From: Octopus bimaculoides
Taxonomy: Eukaryota
NCBI RefSeq assembly: GCF_001194135.2
Contig: NC_068982.1
Coordinates: 57,780,514 to 57,844,513 of the forward strand
Reading direction: 5' to 3'
Length of the DNA: 64,000 bases
Both the position numbers and the translations under genes were made by a program. Below the pieces are notes generated by a model. The model was not told the origin of the DNA, did not search any database, and saw nothing but the letters and a program-made list of their open reading frames with translations. The stretch's first letter is position 1; the number at the start of each line of letters is the position of its first letter. This document shows, in pieces, positions 1 to 10,900 of the stretch.

Positions 1-383
1 CTAACTACTAGTTTATGTTGTGGGGTACATTCTTCACCTGGGAATGTTTTGGCATTTCTAAGCAGCCGTCTTTCCCTTTTCCTGGCGAGGATGTAGTCAA
101 TTTGGCTTGTGTGCCTGCCAGAACGGTAGGTGACTAGGTGACTGGCAGGTTTCCTGAAGTTAGTATTGCAGACCATAAGGTCATTTGCATCACAGAACTC
201 CAGCAGCCTGGTTCCCTCCTCATTGCGGGAACCAAAACCATAGCCTCCATGTACGCCATAGAAGCCCCCTGAATGTTGTCCAACATGACCATTGAAGTCA
301 CCAGCCACAAAGAGAAGGTCCCTGTCATTCGTCGATGAGGTAATCTGCAGAAGGGTGTCATAAAATTGGTTGTCATAAAATTC
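1..383 (-). mobile_element. RTE-clade LINE fragment (AP endonuclease region), 5'-truncated, continues off the window
   Basis: Closely matches 47860-48220 of the long RTE copy; translates to ...GDFNGHVG...RNEEGTRLLEFC...TNFRKP... Confidence 0.9.
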
Positions 384-403
384 TCATTAGAAATTTTATC
401 AAT

Positions 404-916
404 TTAACACTTTAGCATTTAAACTGGTCATATCTGGCTAAAATATTTTATGTCCAAACTTCCCTACTACGTTTCAAAAAACATACAACCACATCATTGA
501 AATCTTGAAGCTATGAACTAATGCATGATTAATTCTAAACGGGCAAGTGTCTTCTACTATAGCCTCGGGCTGACCAAAGCCTTTTGAGTGGATTTGGTAG
601 ACAGAAACTGAAAGAAGCTTGTTGTATATATGTATATATATGTGTGTGTGTATGTATGTTTGTATGTCAGTGTTTGTCCCCCTAGCATTGCTTGACAACC
701 GATGCTGGTGTGTTTATGTCCCCGTCACTTAGCGGTTTGGCAAAGAGACCGATAGAATAAGTACTAGGCTTCCAAAGAATAAGTCCTGGGGTCGATTTGC
801 TCGACTAAAGGCGGTGCTCCAGCATGGCCACAGTCAAATGACTGAAACAAGTAAAAGAGTAATGTGAATAATTAAGCTCACATTTGACAAACTAATAATG
901 AATGCTAAAGCGTCAA
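404..916. mobile_element. TTAA-flanked piggyBac-like MITE interrupted by a SINE (541-860)
   Basis: Starts ttaa-cactttagcattta, ends aatgctaaagcg-tcaa. Body matches uninterrupted copies at 13246-13455 and 54206-54430. Confidence 0.7.
541..860 (+). mobile_element. tRNA-derived SINE family A, 5'-truncated copy
   Basis: Matches the body and tail of 1251-1665 and ends aagtaaaagagt. Confidence 0.85.
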
Positions 917-1250
917 TGTTCAGCTTCTTTCTTAGTTCATTTGCATTCATGCCTATGAAGTATGCAAGCTTCTGTTGCTATTTGCTGCAAGAGAACCCTG
1001 AATGACCAGGGTATATATGATCAGAAGCATTCCAACCTTGATCATCCTGTCATTTATTTTTCTAGGTATAGTCTATCTAGGACCACTCAATTCAATGTGT
1101 CGCTACTTTTTAAAGACGGTAGTATGTGTGTGTATGTGTCGGCGCGCATGCACGTGTGTGTGAGTGTGTGAATGAGGTGGGATTTGGCTGCTGCTTTTAA
1201 CAGGACAAGTGGCCACATGGAGATACCTGCATTTCTTTGTGCTGTTGTTA

Positions 1251-1665
1251 TAGGCGCAGGATTGGTAGTGTGGTAAGTAGCTTGCTTACCAACCACATGG
1301 TTCTGGGTTCAGTCCCACTGCGTGACATCTTGGGCAAGTGTCTTTTACTATAGCATCGGGCCGACCAAAGCATTGTGAGTGGATTTAGTAGATGGAAACT
1401 GAAAGAAGCCCGTTGTATATATGTATACATATGTGTGTGTGTGTGTGTTTGTGTGTCTGTGCTTGTCCCTCTAGCATTGCTTGACAACCAATGCTGGTGT
1501 GTTTATGTCCCTGTCACTTAGCGGTTCAGTAAAAGAGACCGATAGAAAAAGTACTAGGCTTACAAAGAATAAGTCCAGGGGTCGATTTGCTTGATTAAAG
1601 GTGGTGCTCCAGCATGGCCGCAGTCAAATGACTGAAACAAGTAAAAGAGTAAAGAGTAAAAGAGT
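1251..1665 (+). mobile_element. tRNA-derived SINE family A (octopus OK/OR-type), full-length
   Basis: Head ggcgcagg..tgtggtaagtagcttgcttaccaaccacatggttctgggttcagtccc (A/B box-like), central TA/TG microsatellite, tail with (AAAGAGT)n. About 20 further full or partial copies, e.g. 11520-11900(-), 12015-12400(+), 18180-18835(-), 26120-26490(+), 34890-35285(-), 36910-37070(-), 57940-58120(+), 59634-59850(+), 63080-63370(-). Confidence 0.88.
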
Positions 1666-2119
1666 CTAAGTGCTTATTTTTCCTCTTTGACAGATCATCT
1701 GTATATTTAGTGCCAAGGAACTTAGAAGCATGAAACAATAAAGATAAAGAAGATAGAGCAAGAAAGAGGAAAAGGTGAGATGAGAGAATGAGAAAGGAAA
1801 CTGTGTGACTTAAAGAGAGAGAGAGAGTATTGTACATACTCACATTGCAATAAGATCAGTTTAGCAGTCGATGACCCTAAGGTCAAGATGTTGGACTGCA
1901 GATCATAAGTTCAAATTGCAGTACAGTTATAGTTCAATGACCTCTAAGCAATTTGCCTTAATTTGTTTGCCTTACAATCAACCTCTCCCACCTCCACCCT
2001 GGATTCCCCTCCCTATTTCATGAGTGAGTGATTAATAATAGGAGAGGCATCCACCCAGCTGTACAAACATTTATTCCAAGTAAGCCATCTCTTATTCATG
2101 TTAAGTATGGAAAAATGTA

Positions 2120-2760
2120 TGTTAAGCAGTAACAAAGACCACACACATAGTGTGTGCGTGTGCATGTGTGAGAGAGAGAGAGAGAGAGAGAGTAAGAGGG
2201 GGCGGATTAGTAGAAGTGAATGTGATTATGATATATGGATGAGCATCTGACTGTATATGTTTCACTGTGAAAATGGTGTGTATGAGGTATGCACTTGGGA
2301 AATATTGTTGCCCAAAAAATAGAACTTTTAAGTAAAAGGAAAATTCAATATTCTGTGGGTGTTTTTTATATTTTGTGTGTTTGTGCATGTGTATACGAGA
2401 TACAATAATGTGTGCATGTGTGTATATAAGCATGTTAGTATGATTGCATATATTGTGTGTGTGTATATATGTGTGAGTATATATGTGCATGTGTATATAT
2501 ATCTGTGTGCATGTATACATATATAATATCTGTGTCTATATATATGTGTGTGTGTATATGTGTGTATGTACGTATATGTATGTGTGTGTGTGTATACGTA
2601 TATACATGCATACTCACACAAACACACACACACACACACACAGACATTGATACCTACCATACACATACATGCACAAACCACACACCCATATATGATTGCT
2701 TGTATTTGGATGTATATTAAGTTGATATGTGCTATCTGCATGTCTGTGTGACAACAACAG
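2120..2760. repeat. Compound (GA)n/(TG)n/(TA)n/(CA)n microsatellite tract
   Basis: Direct reading; source of the low-complexity ORFs at 2122-2751. Confidence 0.9.
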
Positions 2761-2808
2761 AGTAAACAATGAATAGTCTTCGAGGAATAAACACCAAAGA
2801 CAACTTAC

Positions 2809-2917
2809 AATAGTGTCTGTGATTGATTTTGCATTATCCTGCATCTCTTTCATTTTTGCCCTTTGTTCTTCAATCAAATGACGCTTTTGTGAAATATCTC
2901 GTTCAAGCCAGTTCACG
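2809..2917 (-). CDS. CNTLN: Probable centlein exon: (R)VNWLERDISQKRHLIEEQRAKMKEMQDNAKSITDTI; gene continues beyond the left edge
   Basis: Inside ORF 2614..2916. Acceptor ttgttactgacag, donor ATT|gtaagt, 109 nt, phase 2 to 0. ERDISQKRHLIE resembles the vertebrate centlein segment ERDIT.KRHLIEDLK as I recall it; needs BLAST confirmation. Confidence 0.82.
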
Positions 2918-3095
2918 CTGTCAGTAACAACAAAAAGAACAACAACAACAACAACAATAAAAGCTATTATTAAAATGTTATGATGATGATGATGATAAAA
3001 TGCTGGTTTCTAAATTTGGCACAAGGCCATGAGTTTTGGAGGAGGCTATAAGCAATAAGAGTGACATGTTATTTGACTGGTACTTATTGATTCCG

Positions 3096-3483
3096 TGGAG
3101 GCGCAATGGCCCAGTGGTTAGGGCAGTGGACTCGCGGTCATAGGATCACGGTTTCGATTCCCAGACCGGGCGTTGTGAGTGTTTATTGAGCGAAAACACC
3201 TAAAGCTCCACAAGGTTCCAGCACGGGATGGCGGCGAACCCTGCTGTACTCTTTCACCACAATTTTCTCTCATTTTTTCTTCCTGTTTCTGTTGTGCCTG
3301 TAATTCAAAGGGCCAGCCTTGTCACACTCTGTGTCATACTGAATACCCCCGAGAACTACGTTAAGGGTACACGTGTCTGTGGAGTGCTGAGCCACTTGCA
3401 CATTAACTTCACGAGCAGGCTATTCTGTTGATCGGATCAACTGGAACCCTCAACGTTGTAAGTGGCGGAGTGCCAACAACAAC
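3096..3483 (+). mobile_element. tRNA-derived SINE family C, full-length, inserted into a family B copy
   Basis: tRNA-like head gtggaggcgcaatggcccagtggttagggcagtggactcgc...ggtttcgattccc and (CAA)n tail. Family B sequence on both sides (3010-3090 and 3485-3530). Confidence 0.8.
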
Positions 3484-4059
3484 GTATTGATTCCAGAAGA
3501 ACAAACAGCTAAGTTGACTGAATTTGAACCCAAAACCTCAAATCACTCTCGCCAATCTTAGAGAAATAAAGGATGAATTGGATAAGGTAGTTTGGGGTAT
3601 ATCATGTCTGAATTATGGCTGGTATATCTTTGATCATTTGATCATAGATCTTCTGGATCATGGTTATCTTGGCATTAAAAAACAACAGATCAGGAACTGT
3701 TTTGTCTGATGCTCTGTCAATTCTACCAATCTACATTGATGATTTACAACTATGGCACAAGGCCATAGCCCTCAGGTATACATATTTCTCTGGTACCTAT
3801 TTTATTTACCATGGAGGGATGAAGGGTAGAGTCAGACTATTTTCAGGATTTTAACACAGGCCAATCAATGTAGAAGAAAAGCAGACAAATCTCCCTCAAA
3901 TTACACTTTACTTTCTTTGGAAGTGAAAGACATATTGTATAGAATGTATGAGAGGACAGGATGGCCATGACAGCAATATATATATGTTCGCTCAGTCAGT
4001 GATGATGTGCAATATAACAATCAAACACCACACTATTTTGTCAAGCACAATGATTTCTG

Positions 4060-4700
4060 CCACCTTCTGCAAATATTAGTTTCTAATTCTGACACAAGGC
4101 CAGCAATTTTGGGGGAGGAGTGTGTGTGTGTGTGTGTAGGTGAGAGTAAATTAATTACATCGACCCCCAGTAATCAACTGGTACTTATTTTATTGACTCT
4201 GAATGGGATGAAAAGCAAAGTTGACTTGACAGAATTTGAACTTAGAACGTAGAGATGAATGAATGCCACTAAGCATTTTGCCCGGTGTGCTAATGATTCT
4301 GCCAACTCACTGCCTTACTCTCTTCAAATATTAGCTTCAAATTTTGGCACAAGGTTAGCAATACTGAGGGAAGGGTTAAGTTGATTACATGAACCCCAAT
4401 ACTCAATTGGTACTTAATTTATCAACCTCAAAAGGATGAAAGGCAAAGTCGACCTCAGCAGAATAAAATGATTTCAAATCTCTGGCACAATATTGGCATC
4501 AAATTTTGTCACAGGGCCACCAATTTCGGTGGGAGGGAATAAGTTGATTAGATCAAACCCATTGCTCAACTGCTACTTATTTTATTGACCTCCGAAAGGG
4601 AGGAAAGGCAAAGTCAACCTCGGTGGCATTTGAACTTAGAATGTAAAGATGGACAAAATTCTGCTAAGCATTTTTCCTGGCACTAACATTTCTGCCAGTT
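4060..4700 (-). mobile_element. Three adjacent copies of SINE-like family B
   Basis: Repeated motif ctggtacttattttattgacc...aaaggcaaagtcgacc...atttgaactcagaa. Same family at 16320-16530, 19015-19150, 30115-30310, 35290-35480, 53300-53520 and 53900-54115. Confidence 0.8.
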
Positions 4701-5808
4701 TGCTACTTTACTCCCTACAAATATTAATAATAATAAACAATGAGTTTTAAATTAAGCACAAGATCACTCAAGTCATCTATGCTCTGCAGCAAAGGTCAAG
4801 GGGGTTTAATAAAAATGAATATGTCTATATTATGCTTTACTGAGGAGATAAAATAATGAAACATATCAAGAATATTCACAATACCACTAAAAATCAATTT
4901 TACTTTTCTATTGCATTCCAAATTTAAAAAGTTTTAATAAATTAAAATTTTGGTTTGTCGCCTGGTACTTTTTTGACCAGAATTAGTAATTTGGATGTCT
5001 TAATCCAGGATGCAATTTCACTTAAGGCTTTTAGGTATGACAAACTGATAAGATTGGTTGATATATTATCTGGAAGATCTATTCCTAATTTGGATCTCCC
5101 ACAATCAGTAGCAGCTGTTTATTTTTAACGTAAGCTCTAAAATACAGTTTTTTGTTTTGATAAAATATAAATATTATGATGTAGCTGGCCATCATAAAAG
5201 ATAAAAAGATAATTTCACTCTTCTAAGATTTGAAACAAAACTTATAAGATGGACAACAATGATACTACAATATGCAAGTCAGAGGTCACAATTTGACATG
5301 AAGGAAACATTTAGGACCTATGTGGTATGAAACTGCATTTAACCATATTTTTGAATATGTTTACCAAAATTCAAACAATAACGGAAAGGTAGTTTATTAA
5401 TATCCCTTTCCATGAATAAAACTGTAATATCAATTAGATTGTACAAACTAATACAACAAAGCTAACATACATACAATTCAGTGGGTGAATAATTTCTTTC
5501 TTCTACAGGCACAAGGACTGAACTTTGTAAGAAGGCTGGTCAATTATATTAACCTCATAGCTCAACTGGCTATGAGGTTAAATGGTCTTATTTCAGTTGC
5601 CACCTACCAAATTCACTCAAAAGGCTTTGGTTAGTTTGAGGCTATAGAAGACACCTGCCAAAGGTGCCAAGATGCCATGTATGAGGATTGAACTCAAAAG
5701 AATACATAATCGAGAAGCAAAATACCCAATCATGCAGTGATACATGTATCTATTTCCATAATTTTTTTTTTAGAGAAACAGTAACTAATTAAAAACTACT
5801 TCACTTAC

Positions 5809-5906
5809 CGACTAGTAAGACTCTTCACTTGGTTGTGAGTATTTTCATTGTCAGTTTGTGTGACTTTATTAAGAGATGCTAGTCTGATCATCTCAGTGGA
5901 ATAATT
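5809..5906 (-). CDS. CNTLN: Probable centlein exon: NYSTEMIRLASLNKVTQTDNENTHNQVKSLTS(R)
   Basis: Acceptor ctttctgcttccag, donor TCG|gtaagt. 98 nt, phase 0 to 2. Confidence 0.8.
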
Positions 5907-6129
5907 CTGGAAGCAGAAAGCATGCATAAATGTATTATATATATATAATAATCAGGTAATTTTCAGATAGTTCTGTGTCAGCAAGGCTTGAAAAAATATG
6001 GTAAAAAGTGAAAGGGTTACAGTGAACTTTCCGTGAGGAGTGGAATATTCAACATTTTGGATTCAATCCTTTGCAAGGGGGCAGAGAAAAAGAGAAGAAA
6101 AGGAGAAAAAAGTCAAACAGAGTTTACAT

Positions 6130-6660
6130 CCTCTCAGCTTGAAAAACTGGCTGCAACTGATAATGGATGCAGAATAACATGGGCAGCTAACGTGAAACAG
6201 AAGTTATAGGAGAGGGTGTGCAAAAAGGAAAAGGGTAATGGAGAGAGCAGAGATAAGTAAATATGGGAACGTTGCAGAGAGAGTGTGGAAGGAGGATTAA
6301 AAAGGGTACAAAATAATTGAGAGGAAGTGAAAGGATGAAAGGAAAAACGTTCATTCATACCTGTTGGGGACATAGTGCGAAGATCAAATATGAGACGTTG
6401 CTACTTTCGTTTCATAGAGAAGGGGGATCTGTGGTGTCAGGCCATACCACACACTGATAAATCTTTAATAGAATGATTCACAGTGTTGAAGTGGGTGGTG
6501 ACAGGTTGGCCTAACATATGAAGCATTATGCTTCTGTGTTCACGAAAGCGATCCCAAAGGCATTGCCCTGTTTCTCCAAGGTAAAGAGCACCGCAGAGTT
6601 TGCATATGATGAGATTCACCAAAGTGCAACAGAAATGGTGTGTTATGTGATATTGCTTAT
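6130..6660 (-). mobile_element. Penelope-like element relic (GIY-YIG endonuclease C-terminus)
   Basis: ORF 6437..6622 NLIICKLCGALYLGETGQCLWDRFREH...HF matches the PLE GIY-YIG pattern (C..C...Y.G.T...R..EH). ORF 6134..6373 begins SPTGMNERFSF, like PLE C-termini (PNGINERF). Confidence 0.8.
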
Positions 6661-6671
6661 ATATATAAGGA

Positions 6672-8479
6672 AAAGAATCAGAAAATGCAGGAGTCTTTTA
6701 AAAGTATTTATTAACTTAACTGGTTTCACTTATATTAGAAAGATTTTCAAAAGTAAGGTATGAGACTTTGTGTATCCTCTGTGGCATCAAAAATTAGTCT
6801 ACATAAATGTATATTCAAATCAAGTGATGGAGTCTTTGACAATGAGAAGAAAAAGTTTGAGGCTTTGTGTATCCTCTGTGATGAGTCAAAAAATAGTTTA
6901 CATAAAAACATTCAGATAAGATAATAAAATGTTTTACAATGACAAGAAGATAAAAATTTCGTTTTTGGATTTGGTTTGCAAGATTCTTTATGCGAATTCG
7001 TGTGTAAATTATAAGGCACAAAAAGAAAATGACTCTCCCCAGACACAAGATAAAAATTAGTTTACATAAATATATCCACACATGCACACATTCACCGCCC
7101 TGATAAATACAAAAAACACACACATGCATACCCACATGCACACGCACACATCACCCTAACAAATGCAACACTCAAACATACACATACACACACACATAAA
7201 TGCATACATGCACATCACCCTGACAAATGTAACACACACATACATGAATACACACAGTGCCCTGACAAATATAACGCACACATACACATGCCCATACACA
7301 CATTTATAACACACATGCATATACAGACACACACACACACCCATGTGTATGGACAAACTGCCCAGACCAATGCAACACATACACATGTATACACAGAGAC
7401 ATACACATGCTCTAACAAATGCAACACACACACAAATACACATGCCCATGCACACATACACACCACCCTGACAAATGTAACACACACATGTATACATGCA
7501 GCACCTTGACAAATATAACACACATATACATACATAATATATACATCCTGTGATAAATATAAGAAACATATACACACACACACTGCCTTGACAACTGCAG
7601 CATATGCATACACATGCATGCACATACACGCACACATATGTACACACACACACAAATAGAAAACCCACAAACATGCACACATGTACACACAAGCACATAC
7701 GCATTTCCCAGAAAAAACATACACACATACACTTACACACAAATACACACTATTCTTTACTTATGAGTCATACATTTTAACTCCAAAACAACAGCCAAAA
7801 CTACTGAACCATAACAGAACCAGCTCACCAAACAAGCCTTTCTCAGCTCCACAACAACTATTCAAAATCAGAACAATGGTAAACTAGCTTTCGATCATGT
7901 GACTGCCATCAACCACCCACACTGTTTTTAAAGTGAAAGCAATTCTAAGCCACCTTTTTTCAAAAACAGAACCATCTTTTGATCACAACAGTAGTAAGTG
8001 TCAAATTCCATCCAGATGCGAGACCCTACAACCAGATCTGAGAACTATAAATGGTTTGTTATTTCTCACCTTTTTTTCAATTTAAGATGCTGCAAACAAT
8101 TATGGTTTCCACTCACAGTGAGACTAAAACTTTAGTAACCAGAGATTGACAAACCAGACACATTTTATCTTCTTGTCAAAGACTCTATTACTTGATTTGG
8201 ATATATTAATGTAAACTAATTTTTATCTTCATATCATTGTGAATGTTTTTATGTAAACTATTTTTTGCATCATCACAGAGGATACACAAAGCCTCAAACT
8301 TTTTCTCATTATTGTCAAAGACTCTATCACTTGATTTGAATACATTTATGTAAACTAATTTTTGACACTACAGAGGATACACAAAGCCTCATAACTTACC
8401 TTTGAAAATCGTTTTAAATAAGCGAAACCGGTTAAGTTAATAAATACTTTTAAAAGACTCCTGCATTTTCAAATTCTTT
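6672..8479. repeat. Large inverted repeat, arms about 300 bp (6672-6960 and 8160-8479)
   Basis: gaaaatgcaggagtcttttaaaagtatttattaacttaactggtttc... at 6681 is the reverse complement of ...gaaaccggttaagttaataaatactttttaaaagactcctgcattttc ending 8470. The arms contain internal sub-repeats (cagaggatacacaaagcctc). Confidence 0.85.
7020..7750. repeat. Degenerate CA-rich minisatellite, about 10 units of CCCTGACAAATG(T/C)AACACAC with CA-rich linkers
   Basis: Motif variants recur every 50-70 bp. This explains the spurious C/V/M/Y-rich ORFs here. Confidence 0.8.
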
Positions 8480-8544
8480 GTCTTATATTTTTACTTATGT
8501 GGTAACCCCCAACTTTACTTTGTTATATATATATCATCATCATC

Positions 8545-9727
8545 ATCATCGTTTAACGTCCGCTTTCCATGCTAGCATGGGTTGGACGATTTGATTGAGG
8601 ACTGGTGAAACCGGATGGCAACACGAAGCTCCAATCTGATTTGGCAGAGTTTCTACAGCTGGGTGCCCTTCCTAACGCCAACCACTCAGAGAGTGTAGTG
8701 GGTGCTTTTACGTGTCACCTGCACGAAGGCCAGTCAGGGGGTACTGGCAACGGCCATGCTCAAAATGGTGTATTTTATGTGCCACCCGCACAAGAGCCAG
8801 TCCAGGGGCTCTGGCAACGATCTCGCTCGAAAANNNNNNNNNNNNNNNNNNNNNNNNNNNNNNNNNNNNNNNNNNNNNNNNNNNNNNNNNNNNNNNNNNN
8901 NNNNNNNNNNNNNNNNNNNNNNNNNNNNNNNNNNNNNNNNNNNNNNNNNNNNNNNNNNNNNNNNNNNNNNNNNNNNNNNNNNNNNNNNNNNNNNNNNNNN
9001 NNNNNNNNNNNNNNNNNNNNNNNNNNNNNNNNNNNNNNNNNNNNNNNNNNNNNNNNNNNNNNNNNNNNNNNNNNNNNNNNNNNNNNNNNNNNNNNNNNNN
9101 NNNNNNNNNNNNNNNNNNNNNNNNNNNNNNNNNNNNNNNNNNNNNNNNNNNNNNNNNNNNNNNNNNNNNNNNNNNNNNNNNNNNNNNNNNNNNNNNNNNN
9201 NNNNNNNNNNNNNNNNNNNNNNNNNNNNNNNNNNNNNNNNNNNNNNNNNNNNNNNNNNNNNNNNNNNNNNNNNNNNNNNNNNNNNNNNNNNNNNNNNNNN
9301 NNNNNNNNNNNNNNNNNNNNNNNNNNNNNNNNNNNNNNNNNNNNNNNNNNNNNNNNNNNNNNNNNNNNNNNNNNNNNNNNNNNNNNNNNNNNNNNCAGCG
9401 CAATCGCCTCTCTTGCACACCACAACTGATGCTTCTTATGTTCAGCTTTTCTCTCAAGATACTTACACTCTGTCGGGTATGCACACTGACATTACACATC
9501 CAGCGGAGCATACTGGCTTAATTCCTTGTGAGCTTACGCATGTCCTCAGCAGTCACGGCCCATGTTTCACTGCCATGAAGCATGGCTGTTCGTACACATG
9601 CGTCATACAGTCTGCCTTTTACTCTGAGTGAAAGTCCCTTTGTCGCCAGCAGAGGTAAGAGCTCTCTGAACTTTGCCCAGACTATTCTTATTCTAGCAGC
9701 TACACTTTCAGTGCACCCTCCCCCACT
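8545..9727 (-). mobile_element. RTE LINE 3' fragment (RT C-terminus, 3' UTR, (GAT)n tail) spanning an N gap
   Basis: SGGGCTESVAARIRIVWAKFRELLPLLATKGLSLRVKGRLYDACVRTAMLHGSETW; tail atcatcatcgtttaacgtccgctttcc matches the 44640 end. Confidence 0.9.
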
Positions 9728-9759
9728 ACTATATATATATATATACTCAATTTCAACAT

Positions 9760-9965
9760 AAACAGGCAAGAAAAAACAACAAAAAACACGAAAAACAACA
9801 CGAGGACATGGAATAAGTACAGTGTTATTGGACGCTCCAGAAAGGAAAGAAAAGAAAGAGGATTTAACGTTTTGATCGGAGATCTTTGTCAGAAATATAG
9901 GAAAAATCCAAAGAAGGGAAGACAGAGAAAGAAAATCGCCAATGATGCACACGCGGTCACATATA
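9760..9965 (-). mobile_element. Short Penelope-derived-type repeat with a degenerate hammerhead-like motif
   Basis: Minus strand tatttctgacaaagatctccgatcaaaacgttaaatc, flanked by TA microsatellites. Confidence 0.55.
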
Positions 9966-10599
9966 TACACACACACACGCATATATATACATACATATAA
10001 GGTTATGAATATGTAGAGGCAATTATGTGGATAAACAAATTAGATATATTATATATAATATAATAGTTTGGGCACGAGACACAAGATATATGTATATATG
10101 CAAAATGAGAGAAAGCAGAAGATAAGAGACTTTCAGATGATGAATATTTAAGTACAAATACATAGATATTTATATTAATAGATCCAACTCACACAGTATG
10201 TATGTATGTATGTATGGATGGATGAATGGATGGATGTATGTATTTTATGATGTCTCTTCAGGCATAACAATACTAATAGCCTGTAGTTAGAACTCAATAT
10301 ACATTAGAAAACAGCATTAGACAAGTACAGATCATAATTAACAGTATGACAAGAGAAAAGGAATTATGCAGTCAACTTCATTAGCTTACAGCTGTTTCTG
10401 CTTTAGGAAGTAATACACTTAAAACTGAGTGCTGTGAATCAACTTATAGCTTCTTCAGAACCCTTAAAATGAAGTGTGTGTTCATTTGGGAAAGTATTTA
10501 AATACTGAGTGCACTACTTCTTACAGTAGAACCAGTAGTAAGCTAATAAAGTTGATTATGAAATTCATGTTGCCTTGCCATTCCATTAATCTATATATA

Positions 10600-10900
10600 T
10601 CACTGTTGTATTGCTCTACAACTATCTGATGTTGTTATACACTGCTGATCACAATGCACTTCCTTGCATTGTTGTAGCTTTCAAATGATGTAAATTCGCT
10701 GGCTAGGTAGGCAGGCCAACAACATTTCCTCTGAATGGAACACAAGTCCATCACAGGGTTACTCATTTGCAGCTGAGTGGACTGGAGTGACACGAAATGG
10801 AGTGTTTTGCTCAAGAACACAAAGCGTCGCTCAGTCTGGGAATTGAAACCATGATCTTGCAAATGCGAGTGCAACACACTAACCACAAGGCCATATGCTT
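10600..10900 (-). mobile_element. tRNA-derived SINE family D
   Basis: Minus strand reads atggccttgtggttagtgtgttgcactc...ggtttcaattcccagac...ttcttgagcaaaacact. Related copies at 13880-14080 and 41740-41940. Confidence 0.7.

Noticed and set aside
2122-2751. H/T/Y- or C/V/M-rich ORFs, also at 7156-7748, 33835-34391 and 63269-63636
   Set aside because: Translations of CA/TA/TG/TATG microsatellites.
3096-3175. tRNA-like sequences at SINE heads (also 1251, 10830-10900, 59634)
   Set aside because: They continue into multi-copy SINE bodies and lack a full cloverleaf, so they are not tRNA genes.
4950-5130. About 60-codon open frames on both strands
   Set aside because: No start codon, no compatible splice sites and no recognisable motif.
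6050-6090. Possible hammerhead relic downstream of the 6130-6660 Penelope (minus strand cttgcaaaggattgaatccaaaatgttg)
   Set aside because: Too degenerate: both core boxes are broken and no stem I was found.
7020-7750. Repeat-spacer appearance suggesting CRISPR
   Set aside because: Eukaryotic context, degenerate repeats, low-complexity related spacers and no cas genes.
8605-9631. Long ORFs in the track at 8.6-9.6, 22.4-22.9, 24.1-24.9, 44.7-47.0 and 49.0-49.4 kb
   Set aside because: Their length comes from N gaps; the flanks are LINE, mariner or SINE sequence.
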